A stretch of DNA of 27,110 nt, taken from positions 1 to 27,110 of the IMG/VR virus record IMGVR_UViG_2579778745_000003; one strand, 5' to 3'. Positions 6,914 to 14,443 of this stretch are shown here, one piece after another. The stretch comes from a virus. Taxonomy: Duplodnaviria; Heunggongvirae; Uroviricota; Caudoviricetes. Positions within the stretch are counted from its first letter, which is position 1, and each line of letters opens with the position of its first letter. Below the pieces are notes generated by a model that saw only the letters and a list, made by a program, of their open reading frames with translations, did not search any database and had not been told where the DNA came from. The position numbers and the translations under genes are program-made.

Positions 6914-8503
6914 ATGTCTCAATATTCAATTCAACAGTCATTAGGTAATGCATCCGGCGTCGCGGTTAGCCCGATCAATGCCGATGCGACGTTATCTACC
7001 GGTGTTGCATTAAATAGCAGCTTATGGGCTGGTATTGGCGTATTTGCGCGTGGCAAGCCGTTTACTGTTCTTGCGGTTACTGAGTCCAATTACGAAGATG
7101 TTCTCGGCGAACCGCTGAAGCCGTCTTCCGGCTCACAGTTCGAACCAATTCGCCATGTATACGAAGCTATTCAGCAAACGTCTGGTTATGTTGTTCGCGC
7201 TGTTCCGGATGATGCGAAGTTCCCGATTATTATGTTCGATGAATCAGGCGAACCGGCTTACAGTGCGTTGCCATACGGTTCTGAAATTGAACTTGATAGT
7301 GGCGAAGCCTTTGCTATCTACGTTGATGATGGTGATCCGTGTATTTCACCTACCCGTGAGTTAACCATCGAAACGGCAACAGCGGACAGCGCGGGTAATG
7401 AACGCTTCCTCTTAAAACTGACCCAGACGACTTCGCTCGGCGTGGTAACGACCCTGGAGACACACACTGTGTCTTTGGCGGAAGAAGCGAAAGATGACAT
7501 GGGCCGCTTGTGTTATCTGCCTACGGCTCTGGAAGCCCGTTCTAAATATCTGCGCGCGGTTGTTAATGAAGAGCTGATTTCGACAGCGAAAGTAACAAAC
7601 AAAAAATCGTTGGCGTTCACTGGCGGTACCAACGGCGATCAGTCGAAAATCTCAACCGCTGCGTACCTGCGTGCGGTTAAAGTGCTGAATAATGCGCCGT
7701 ACATGTACACCGCTGTTCTTGGCTTGGGCTGCTATGACAATGCGGCTATCACCGCATTAGGTAAAATCTGTGCAGATCGCCTGATTGATGGCTTCTTTGA
7801 TGTCAAACCGACATTGACGTACACGGAAGCGATCTCTGCTGTTGAAGATACCGGTTTACTTGGTACCGATTATGTAAGCTGTGCTGTCTATCACTACCCG
7901 TTCTCCTGCAAAGACAAATGGACCCAATCCCGTGTGGTCTTTGGTCTGTCTGGCGTGGCGTATGCGGCGAAAGCTCGTGGCGTCAAGAAAAACTCTGATG
8001 TCGGCGGTTGGCATTACTCACCGGCTGGTGAAGAACGTGCCGTCATTGCTCGTGCGTCAATTCAACCGCTGTATCCGGAAGATACCCCGGACGAAGAAGC
8101 AATGGTCAAGGGCCGTCTCAATAAAGTATCTGTTGGCACCTCTGGCCAGATGATCATCGACGATGCTTTAACTTGCTGCACGCAGGATAACTATCTGCAC
8201 TTCCAGCACGTCCCATCCCTGATGAATGCAATCAGCCGTTTCTTTGTCCAGTTAGCCCGACAGATGAAGCATAGCCCGGACGGTATTACTGCGGCTGGCC
8301 TGACTAAAGGGATGACCAAACTTTTAGATCGCTTTGTCGCCTCCGGCGCTCTGGTGGCTCCTCGTGATCCTGATGCTGACGGTACAGAACCGTATGTGCT
8401 GAAAGTTACGCAGGCGGAATTCGATAAATGGGAAGTAGTCTGGGCCTGCTGCCCGACTGGCGTAGCCCGTCGTATCCAGGGCGTACCGCTGCTTATTAAG
8501 TAA
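6914..8503 (+). CDS. 22: contractile tail sheath protein, P1 gp22
   Basis: 529 aa. Sheath-like N-terminus (...AGIGVFARGKPFTVLAVTESNYEDVLGEP...). Position after gene 23 as in P1. SD gggaaag upstream. Confidence 0.75.
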   Translation: MSQYSIQQSLGNASGVAVSPINADATLSTGVALNSSLWAGIGVFARGKPFTVLAVTESNYEDVLGEPLKPSSGSQFEPIRHVYEAIQQTSGYVVRAVPDDAKFPIIMFDESGEPAYSALPYGSEIELDSGEAFAIYVDDGDPCISPTRELTIETATADSAGNERFLLKLTQTTSLGVVTTLETHTVSLAEEAKDDMGRLCYLPTALEARSKYLRAVVNEELISTAKVTNKKSLAFTGGTNGDQSKISTAAYLRAVKVLNNAPYMYTAVLGLGCYDNAAITALGKICADRLIDGFFDVKPTLTYTEAISAVEDTGLLGTDYVSCAVYHYPFSCKDKWTQSRVVFGLSGVAYAAKARGVKKNSDVGGWHYSPAGEERAVIARASIQPLYPEDTPDEEAMVKGRLNKVSVGTSGQMIIDDALTCCTQDNYLHFQHVPSLMNAISRFFVQLARQMKHSPDGITAAGLTKGMTKLLDRFVASGALVAPRDPDADGTEPYVLKVTQAEFDKWEVVWACCPTGVARRIQGVPLLIK

Positions 8504-8512
8504 GGGAATACA

Positions 8513-9328
8513 ATGAGCAAAAACTTTTTTCAATCCGGGGCATTTTTGGGGAATGGACTGTCTCGTTTCGCTTTGAACTCTGATCCTGTGCAGCTGATGG
8601 AGTCTGCCCGAGCAAGCGCTGAACCGCCAACAGATCCGGTTATTAATAATAATCCGGAACCGGCGGCACAGACTAACGATAACGTTCCATCTGCCCAGGC
8701 TCCTGAGCAAATCCTGGAAGGGAAAGACGGTAAAGAATGGACCGTCGAACAGGCGCACCAGATGATTCTGGAAGCTGCAAATCGAAGTGCTATGCAAAAT
8801 GCGTTGAGTGATGCGGCCGACGCCGTTTTCGCCTGGGCTGATAGCGGTGATCTGACTTTCGACTCCCTTGATGGTTTCGTTCAGGCTATCGCTGGTATCT
8901 CTGATGACGACGACTCCGAAGTTACAGAAGAACAGGACGATGCCTATAACGAAGCATGGGCAAATGTTGCTGACTTCCTCGCAGCATGCGGTGTAGATGA
9001 TGACCTGATCGAAGCACTGGCTGACGATGAAGACGACGACGCAGCTGCTGATGTTGGTGCCTCTATCGCTGGTTTAGATAGCGACGACCGCGACGAACTA
9101 GAAGCGGCGTTTGTTGTTGCTGGCACTTCTGATGAAATGCTGACTGAAGCATTTAAGAAGGTTGTTCGTAACGGTGAGATCAAACTCATCCGTAAACGCC
9201 TGCGTAAAAAACGTCTGACTGCGGCTCAAAAATCGGCGCTGAAAAAAGCGCGTCGAAAAGCCCAGACCGGCGCGGCAAAACTTGCCCGCAAAAAGTCAAT
9301 GAAACTGCGCCGTAAGCGCCTTGGCTAA
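8513..9328 (+). CDS. charge-segregated virion/morphogenesis protein (acidic core, Lys/Arg-rich C-terminal tail), function unknown
   Basis: 271 aa, starting 9 nt after the sheath gene. Central D/E-rich stretch (DDDDSEVTEEQDD...ADDEDDDAAAD...DSDDRDELE). The last about 55 aa are rich in K/R (KLIRKRLRKKRL...KLRRKRLG). Falls in the P1 21/pmgG/bplB block by synteny; exact orthologue not assigned. Confidence 0.6.
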   Translation: MSKNFFQSGAFLGNGLSRFALNSDPVQLMESARASAEPPTDPVINNNPEPAAQTNDNVPSAQAPEQILEGKDGKEWTVEQAHQMILEAANRSAMQNALSDAADAVFAWADSGDLTFDSLDGFVQAIAGISDDDDSEVTEEQDDAYNEAWANVADFLAACGVDDDLIEALADDEDDDAAADVGASIAGLDSDDRDELEAAFVVAGTSDEMLTEAFKKVVRNGEIKLIRKRLRKKRLTAAQKSALKKARRKAQTGAAKLARKKSMKLRRKRLG

Positions 9329-9363
9329 AGGAGGAGGCCGGAGAACTCCGGCCTTTAACTTGA

Positions 9364-9945
9364 ATGGCACCTATTCCTTATGGGGTTTACAGCCAGGCTG
9401 ACGGTGTATCGCCATTTCTGAAAGTTACTTTAACGAACTCTCAGTACCAGGTTACCGGATATATCAGCCAGGGGGCGGCAATGAACATGGCCCAGAATTG
9501 GGAAGCGCCGTTTACCGGTATGTCCATGGGATCTGTTGCTGGTGCCTTCAGTGGTTTTGCGCAGGTTGGTACTGAAACAACGTCGGTTGCCCGTTGGAAC
9601 AGCTTAATGGTTTGGGAAGGGGGAACACCGCCGACTTTCACGCTGCCAGTAACTTTCATCGCTTTGTTTGACCCATTCACGGAGGTTTCAGGAGCTATCG
9701 CCGCATTGTCAGCGATGATTAGCCCGGAACTTAAAGATGCCAGTATTGGTGGTCGAATCCCGGAGCGCGTGACGCTAAACATTGGTCGCCGGATCAACAT
9801 CATTGATGTCGCTATCCAGGACATAAGTTTCGATCTCGATGCGCCCAGGGACAGCAATGGGCATTTCCTGAAAAACACCGTCAACCTCCAGTTGACCGGT
9901 TCTTCGATATATAACAGCTCCGATATTGTTCGGGCGTTCCAGTAA
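9364..9945 (+). CDS. tail/baseplate morphogenesis protein (P1 21-pmgG-bplB block by position)
   Basis: 193-aa ORF co-directional and tightly packed with the neighbouring late genes. No specific family recognised by eye. Confidence 0.55.
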   Translation: MAPIPYGVYSQADGVSPFLKVTLTNSQYQVTGYISQGAAMNMAQNWEAPFTGMSMGSVAGAFSGFAQVGTETTSVARWNSLMVWEGGTPPTFTLPVTFIALFDPFTEVSGAIAALSAMISPELKDASIGGRIPERVTLNIGRRINIIDVAIQDISFDLDAPRDSNGHFLKNTVNLQLTGSSIYNSSDIVRAFQ

Positions 9946-9956
9946 AAGGATTTTAT

Positions 9957-10466
9957 ATGGGGCACAATAACACTAAGGGAAACCGTAAATTTATTAAGGG
10001 CCGCTATACTGCCAACGCGGCCAAAGGCGAACGACTGGTATCTTCTGAATTCCAGCTCACTTTTGCAGGCCATGAAGATATCAGCGTACTGGTTCGCACG
10101 TCGCAAATTCCTGAAATGACCCGCGAGGATGTGGAGGACTATGGTCCGAATGGTGTGAAGTTCAACCAGCACGGACCAATTCGAAACTCTGGGGAAATCC
10201 AGGTCCAGTGCGTGGAGACTATCGAAGGCGATATTCTTCAGTTCATCAAGGATCGCATTGCGGCGAAGGACTATGTTGATATCACGATGGCTGCTACCCC
10301 TGAATCCAAATCTTCCGGGGTTAACGCTGTGACAAAAGCTGCTACAACAATTGAAATGTTGGACTGCAAAATCTACAGTGATGCAATCGACTTTAGTACC
10401 GAAGATGTGACTGCCGCTGTGCGCCCGTCACTTCGTATCGTCTACAACTGGATTGAGTGGGATTAA
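9957..10466 (+). CDS. tail/baseplate morphogenesis protein (P1 21-pmgG-bplB block by position)
   Basis: 169-aa ORF starting 11 nt after the previous gene. SD aaaggat upstream. Followed by a strong terminator. Confidence 0.55.
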   Translation: MGHNNTKGNRKFIKGRYTANAAKGERLVSSEFQLTFAGHEDISVLVRTSQIPEMTREDVEDYGPNGVKFNQHGPIRNSGEIQVQCVETIEGDILQFIKDRIAAKDYVDITMAATPESKSSGVNAVTKAATTIEMLDCKIYSDAIDFSTEDVTAAVRPSLRIVYNWIEWD

Positions 10467-10485
10467 GAGTCATCCCTTGTATTTT

Positions 10486-10510
10486 AAAGCTCCTTCGGGA
10501 GCTTTTTTAT
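10486..10510. terminator. strong hairpin terminator between the convergent late operon and the hok transcript
   Basis: aaagctcc (10486-10493) ttcg ggagcttt (10498-10505) followed by a T run. On the minus strand the same hairpin lies just beyond the hok mRNA 3' fbi element. Confidence 0.8.
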
Positions 10511-10522
10511 TTGGAGAGGAAA

Positions 10523-10535
10523 GGGTGCATTGAGG
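10523..10535 (-). promoter_or_regulatory. fbi (fold-back inhibition) element at the 3' end of hok mRNA
   Basis: Minus-strand CCTCAATGCACCC is complementary, apart from one extra T, to the mRNA 5' element GGGTGCTTGAGG at 10896-10907. This is the 5'/3' pairing that keeps full-length hok mRNA inert. Confidence 0.65.
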
Positions 10536-10582
10536 ATACCTGACACACGAAGAGTGGCGAGGATCTCTCCCCGCCAGGTCTC

Positions 10583-10738
10583 TTACCTTTCAGATTCGTA
10601 GGCTGTGAAGACAGTGACCTCCGTCTGGCCGGTTCGGATTCGTACCTCGCAGAGGTCTTTCCTCGTTACCAGTGCCGTCACAATGACGGTTAAACAGATG
10701 ACGATCAGAGCGATTAACATCGCTTTTTGCTGCTTCAT
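10583..10738 (-). CDS. hok: Hok/Gef-family membrane toxin (type I TA), 51 aa
   Basis: Hand translation gives MKQQKAMLIALIVICLTVIVTALVTRKDLCEVRIRTGQTEVTVFTAYESER. This is close to chromosomal Gef/HokC (MKQHKAMIVALIVICITAVVAALVTRKDLCEVHIRTGQTEVAVFTAYESE). SD aaggagaag upstream. Below the ORF-track size cutoff. Confidence 0.9.
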   Translation of the reverse strand: MKQQKAMLIALIVICLTVIVTALVTRKDLCEVRIRTGQTEVTVFTAYESER

Positions 10739-10796
10739 AGCCTGCTTCTCCTTGACCTTTTGGTCGGTAAGAGGCTAATCTACGTATGCTAAGCAT
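10590..10796 (-). CDS. mok: mok-like overlapping reading frame coupling hok translation
   Basis: 68-aa ORF in another frame overlapping almost all of hok. Its start context GAGGCCATATCTATG parallels R1 mok GAGGCATCCCTATG. Confidence 0.7.
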   Translation of the reverse strand: MLSIRRLASYRPKGQGEAGYEAAKSDVNRSDRHLFNRHCDGTGNEERPLRGTNPNRPDGGHCLHSLRI

Positions 10797-10860
10797 AGAT
10801 ATGGCCTCAGATTAATGTTAAGCGTCTTGCAGGACGCGTAATGTTATCTGGGGCTTTCTT
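10788..10860 (+). ncRNA. sok: Sok-like antisense RNA (approximate ends)
   Basis: Plus-strand promoter TTGACC (10752-10757), 18 bp, then TAATCT (10776-10781). This aligns with the R1 sok promoter segment CTTCTCCTTGCGC...GGTAAGAGGCTATCCT. The transcript would be antisense to the mok SD/start. The 3' end is not defined by me. Confidence 0.5.
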
Positions 10861-10895
10861 CTATCTGCTTTTCGGGTAATGCCTGAAGCAGATAG

Positions 10896-10907
10896 CCTCA
10901 AGCACCC
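10896..10907 (-). promoter_or_regulatory. 5' tac/ucb element of hok mRNA (pairs with fbi)
   Basis: Minus-strand GGGTGCTTGAGG resembles the R1 hok mRNA 5' end GGCGCTTGAGG. Followed by a 10-bp stem: ctatctgctt (10861-10870) / aagcagatag (10886-10895). Confidence 0.6.
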
Positions 10908-10919
10908 GCAACGATTGTA

Positions 10920-11165
10920 TCAATGTCTGGCTTTTTTTCTATAGAAATCACCTGGAAGGGTGAATATCCACATCAGAAGAAATGTTGCAGCAAACATGAT
11001 CCCTAATGGCCAGACCGCGCCAAAGAAAATCCATACTAAGATCTCCTCTGCTCGTTCTTTGCGGTCGATATCGACAAGCATTTTTCGGCTGATCATGTAT
11101 ACACAGAAGCCAATACAAACATATCCTGCAAAAGCGATCGCTAACTGTAAAAGATCAGATTGCAT
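10920..11165 (-). CDS. small two-TM membrane protein downstream of repL (position of P1 rlfA)
   Basis: Hydrophobic spans LLQLAIAFAGYVCIGFCVYMI and ILVWIFFGAVWPLGIMFAATFLLMWIF. Start chosen at ATG 11165 behind gaggtcggag. The ORF is open to ATG 11246, which would overlap the repL end by 31 nt. Confidence 0.5.
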   Translation of the reverse strand: MQSDLLQLAIAFAGYVCIGFCVYMISRKMLVDIDRKERAEEILVWIFFGAVWPLGIMFAATFLLMWIFTLPGDFYRKKARH

Positions 11166-11215
11166 CTCCGACCTCAAACTGAAAACGCCAGGTGACTCCA
11201 GATTAGAGCAATCTA

Positions 11216-12061
11216 TCACCCTCTGAATCCTGCCGGTATACCCCATTGTTCGTTATCTTTATTTTTGGCTAAAACCGCATTAAGAGCTTCGTTTACCGTC
11301 ATGCAATGCGGCAGATTATCGAAGTTTGATATCCCGCCAATATCAGGAGAACGCTTGTCCTTCAGGTAAGCATATTTCCGCGCTGCCGCCTCTACTTTCT
11401 GCTTGAACTCATGTTTTTGAGCGCGTTTTTTGGATAACCGCAGATTGTCAGCCTTTGCTTTTGCCTCAGCGATCCATGAAGTCAATTTTTTGAGTCTGGT
11501 CGTTCCGGCACCGCCGGAAACTGATCTTTTTATTTTTTTAACTTGTGACTTCTTATTCTTTATTGCCACGTCATCCTGACAGGGGGAGGGGGTATCATTT
11601 TGACATGGGGGTGTGGATAAAAAATTAAATAAAGCCAATGTCTTAGCGAGAACAGCTTTAACCTTGGTTGCCGCTGAAGAGATCTTTAATTTGCTTTCAA
11701 TCAGCGCATTTTTGGCTTGTTGTGCGAAGGCCAAAAAGGATGGTGTAAACCGGTACAGGTTAGCGCGACGTTCACGGTGATCGCCGATAACAATCTCTAC
11801 AGACAGAATTCCTTTGTTTACAGCTTCACGGAATGCACGAACGACGGTTGATTGGCTATAACCAGTTTCTGCCGCGATCAGGCGGTGAGGCTTGTGAATG
11901 AAGTATTCACTAGTTGTTGCCGCGAGATTTGCACATTGCGACAGGATATGCCCGGCGCTACGGGATAGACCGGAGTGTGTTACAAAGCAGGCCAATTCAT
12001 AGCCAGAAAAAGTAAAATCGCTCATCGTTATACAGCTCAGGAAAGTGACTTTAGCCAGCAT
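11216..12061 (-). CDS. repL: lytic replication initiator RepL (oriL lies inside the gene)
   Basis: 281 aa. The sequence reads as P1 RepL (MLAKVTFLSCITMSDFTFSGYELACF...). Downstream of kilA in the C1-controlled operon, as in P1. Confidence 0.9.
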   Translation of the reverse strand: MLAKVTFLSCITMSDFTFSGYELACFVTHSGLSRSAGHILSQCANLAATTSEYFIHKPHRLIAAETGYSQSTVVRAFREAVNKGILSVEIVIGDHRERRANLYRFTPSFLAFAQQAKNALIESKLKISSAATKVKAVLAKTLALFNFLSTPPCQNDTPSPCQDDVAIKNKKSQVKKIKRSVSGGAGTTRLKKLTSWIAEAKAKADNLRLSKKRAQKHEFKQKVEAAARKYAYLKDKRSPDIGGISNFDNLPHCMTVNEALNAVLAKNKDNEQWGIPAGFRG

Positions 12062-12090
12062 TACAATGCTGGTGGTTCTTACTACGTCTG

Positions 12091-12891
12091 TTAGCGCGTT
12101 GCCGCGACAGGTACCAGCACACCAGCATCAAGCAATCGCTTCATCAGCCACTGCTGACCTTTGCCGGTTATACGAGTCGTGAAAGAAATCCTGCTTCCAT
12201 TGCTTGTATCGATCACGGTTTCTTTAAGGGTGAAATACCCACGGGATATGTATTCTTGTTTGGGGACGTTCCTGCGTTCACCGGTTGCGATCAGAATTCC
12301 GTTATCACGCAACCAGGTGAAGAGATAGTTTTGGCCCAGGCCGAGCACTTTGGCATAGTTGCCGATTAGAACTCCGCTGGCGGTAGCAACGCGTTCGGCG
12401 AATTCGACTTTAGGTGCATCCATAAGCATTTTTTGCTCCAGCCGTTGCTTTTGCTCTGCCAGGTCGGCAGCCAAACGGAGAGCTTCAGGGAGACTCTGCG
12501 GAATAGCAGGTTGTAATCTTCCGGCTCGATAGTCGATAAATGTCTGGTTTACCTTCAGCCGAAACGCGGGAGAAATCCAGCCTGCGTACTCCACAGCGAG
12601 CAATTCATGGGCAAAAGTGCCGCCGCCACGGCCTTCGAAAGAAACTATGCAATTCTGCATAGTTTCTTTTTCAAGCTCTTCGATGAGCTGTTTGGCTGAC
12701 AGCGTTCTTAGCCATTGAGCTGGCGCTTTATGGGCACCGAGTCCGCTCGCTCTGTGTAGAGCATTAAGGTTGTAACGGCCAGCGCGGTCGGTCGTAATTT
12801 CAACACCACAAATAACAGGCAGAGTGGTTGAAGGATCGACATTTTGATGAAGGTTTGATATATTCATATCCGCATTGAATGTTTGTTGCAT
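12091..12891 (-). CDS. kilA: KilA (KilA-N domain plus ANT/KilAC C-terminal domain)
   Basis: 266 aa. The sequence reads as P1 KilA. KilA-N-like N-terminus (ICGVEITTDRAGRYNLNALHRASGLGAHKAPAQWLR). The C-terminal domain is paralogous to the Ant C-terminus. SD ggag upstream. Confidence 0.9.
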   Translation of the reverse strand: MQQTFNADMNISNLHQNVDPSTTLPVICGVEITTDRAGRYNLNALHRASGLGAHKAPAQWLRTLSAKQLIEELEKETMQNCIVSFEGRGGGTFAHELLAVEYAGWISPAFRLKVNQTFIDYRAGRLQPAIPQSLPEALRLAADLAEQKQRLEQKMLMDAPKVEFAERVATASGVLIGNYAKVLGLGQNYLFTWLRDNGILIATGERRNVPKQEYISRGYFTLKETVIDTSNGSRISFTTRITGKGQQWLMKRLLDAGVLVPVAATR

Positions 12892-12960
12892 TTTTTCTCC
12901 AAATTTGCATCAACCTTCAATCACCAGCTCGAAATGGTGATTCTTTGCACTTAGAAAACG

Positions 12961-12977
12961 AAATTTATTAGAGCAAA
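12961..12977 (-). promoter_or_regulatory. C1 repressor operator Op53 overlapping the kilA-repL promoter P53
   Basis: Minus strand TTTGCTCTAATAAATTT matches 16/17 of the C1 operator consensus ATTGCTCTAATAAATTT. TTGCTC can serve as -35, with TAAGTG 17 bp downstream as -10. Confidence 0.85.
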
Positions 12978-13020
12978 TTTTTCTGGCCCGATCCAGATCG
13001 GGTTGGTCGATCTGCTCAGA

Positions 13021-13050
13021 AACCTGCCAGTTTGCTGGCAGGTTTTTTCT
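13021..13050. terminator. hairpin immediately downstream of ant (minus strand), T-run on the plus-strand side
   Basis: aacctgccag (13021-13030) tttg ctggcaggtt (13035-13044). T-run at 13043-13050 on the plus strand. On the minus strand it is followed by tttct. Confidence 0.5.
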
Positions 13051-13054
13051 TTTG

Positions 13055-13849
13055 TTAACCTATTGCTACTGGTTTTAACAAACCAGCATCAAGTAGCTTG
13101 CGAGTTAACCACTGCTGGCCTTTACCCGTTAATTGGGGCGTCAGCCGTATCTGGTAGCCATTTTCATCATCCAGCACCACTTCTTTCACCGTGAAATATC
13201 CGGCGTTGATGTACTGCTGGCGCGGTACGTTTTTGCGCGCACCAAAAGCCATGAGAATGCCGTTCTGGCGCAACCATGAGAAAAGGGCGTTTTGCTTAAG
13301 TCCAACGACCTTTGCAAAGTTCCCGATCAGGATTCCATTAGCCGCTGATACCCGGTCGGCAAAATCGACTTTAGGGGCTGCGGCCACCAGCTGTTGTTCC
13401 AACTGCATTTTCTGTTCTGCCAACTCGGCAGCCAGGCGTAGAGCTTCTGGTAATGTTTGGGGGATCGATGGGGTAGGTGAGTTTGCCTGCTGCAATTCTT
13501 CCAGTTTGTCGATCAGCGAACGGCGGACCGCTTTCGATTCGCGCGCGGCGACTCGCAGGGCTTGTTTGTAGGTCATGGTTATGACAACCATAGGCGTACC
13601 GCCACCTGGCGGCACGGTTGCACTTTTTGTGTAACCGTCCTCACCTTCTAATTCGTCGAGTATTTTTTCGATGAATTTGTTGTTCCGAACCTCTGGTTCC
13701 CCACATAACTTACGCGCTTCATTGACCATCTTTAACAGTGTCAGGCTGTCGATTGTGTCTCCGGTGGTGGGGATGACATTCACGGCTGGTGCTGACGTTG
13801 CTGAAGCAACAGGTGCTGGTTTTTTAACATTCAAATTATTACTGGTCAT
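13055..13849 (-). CDS. ant2: Ant2, in-frame internal start product of ant
   Basis: Internal ATG at 13849 (codon 84) is preceded by aaggagg with 8-nt spacing. P1 is known to make Ant1 and Ant2 from nested in-frame starts. Confidence 0.65.
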   Translation of the reverse strand: MTSNNLNVKKPAPVASATSAPAVNVIPTTGDTIDSLTLLKMVNEARKLCGEPEVRNNKFIEKILDELEGEDGYTKSATVPPGGGTPMVVITMTYKQALRVAARESKAVRRSLIDKLEELQQANSPTPSIPQTLPEALRLAAELAEQKMQLEQQLVAAAPKVDFADRVSAANGILIGNFAKVVGLKQNALFSWLRQNGILMAFGARKNVPRQQYINAGYFTVKEVVLDDENGYQIRLTPQLTGKGQQWLTRKLLDAGLLKPVAIG

Positions 13850-14098
13850 TCTATGTGCCTCCTTTCTCATTTCTGCTGCCACCGTTGCGTAACGTAGACG
13901 TCCTTGTTCAATCAAATAATCCCTGATCTCGGCTATCAGTAGCCTGTTGATCACAGCCTTATCTGTTCGGGTATAAAAACGCCTGGTTATCATGAAATAG
14001 TTGGCAATTGCGCCGGGGATCTCCCGTGTCGGCATACAGGCAGTATGCAGGGCGATCGCTTCGGCTATTTCATTACGGGTGACGAGAGGTTTTTTCAT
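13055..14098 (-). CDS. ant1: antirepressor Ant1 (immI)
   Basis: 347 aa with an ANT/KilAC C-terminal domain. The start overlaps the icd stop (ATGA). The c4-icd-ant order is as in P1 immI. Confidence 0.85.
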   Translation of the reverse strand: MKKPLVTRNEIAEAIALHTACMPTREIPGAIANYFMITRRFYTRTDKAVINRLLIAEIRDYLIEQGRLRYATVAAEMRKEAHRMTSNNLNVKKPAPVASATSAPAVNVIPTTGDTIDSLTLLKMVNEARKLCGEPEVRNNKFIEKILDELEGEDGYTKSATVPPGGGTPMVVITMTYKQALRVAARESKAVRRSLIDKLEELQQANSPTPSIPQTLPEALRLAAELAEQKMQLEQQLVAAAPKVDFADRVSAANGILIGNFAKVVGLKQNALFSWLRQNGILMAFGARKNVPRQQYINAGYFTVKEVVLDDENGYQIRLTPQLTGKGQQWLTRKLLDAGLLKPVAIG

Positions 14099-14316
14099 AA
14101 AACCCCCTGAACGTCAGCAGAGAAGGGGAGGTTCCAGTAACTAAGTGAATTGCGCGAGTTAGTAGAAAAACGGGCAGTAAAAATGCAGGGACCATCAGGC
14201 AATTGAGAGCGTGCTTCGTCTTCAGTTGCTGCGATAACGAAGTGATAGTGGTGTTTTTTACAGGAATAGAAACGCCAGATGAATTCTGGGCGTGCGCAAG
14301 GATTGGCATTAACCAT
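14095..14316 (-). CDS. icd: Icd, cell-division interference protein translationally coupled to ant
   Basis: 73 aa, the length of P1 Icd. Overlaps the ant1 start by 4 nt. Lies directly downstream of c4. Confidence 0.8.
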   Translation of the reverse strand: MVNANPCARPEFIWRFYSCKKHHYHFVIAATEDEARSQLPDGPCIFTARFSTNSRNSLSYWNLPFSADVQGVL

Positions 14317-14366
14317 AGTTACGGCCTCACAATCAGGTTTAACAACCTGCTACCCGCTGCTAAACA

Positions 14367-14443
14367 GGTGGCAGGACGTGACGGGGTTAGCAGACTGGCG
14401 ATTGTGAAACCAGCAGGCCGAAGCCTCCCCATCACGCCCCACC
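14367..14443 (-). ncRNA. c4: C4 antisense repressor RNA of immI
   Basis: Minus-strand GGTGGGGCGTGATGGGG... (from 14443) pairs with ...CCCCGTCACGTCCTGCCACC (to 14367), giving a closed stem whose outer ends are 77 nt apart. That is the reported size of mature C4. An internal GUCUGCUAACCCC is complementary to UUAGCAG-containing sites upstream (14524-14536) and just downstream (14353-14367, next to the icd RBS). Confidence 0.65.

Noticed and set aside
8191-8797. Minus-strand ORFs 8191-8520 and 8324-8797
   Set aside because: They are antisense to the sheath gene end and the following late gene. The Cys/Arg/Ser-rich composition is typical of antisense frames.
9441-10172. 243-aa minus-strand ORF, long enough to look real
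   Set aside because: It spans the antisense of two tightly packed late genes and their junction. It has no SD or promoter context, and its composition (many R/S/L/I, no motif) looks non-coding. The sense-strand genes fit P1 synteny.
13003-13892. Plus-strand ORFs 13003-13194, 13191-13571 and 13671-13892 inside ant
   Set aside because: They are antisense to the ant1/ant2 frame, which has clear ANT-domain homology to KilA.
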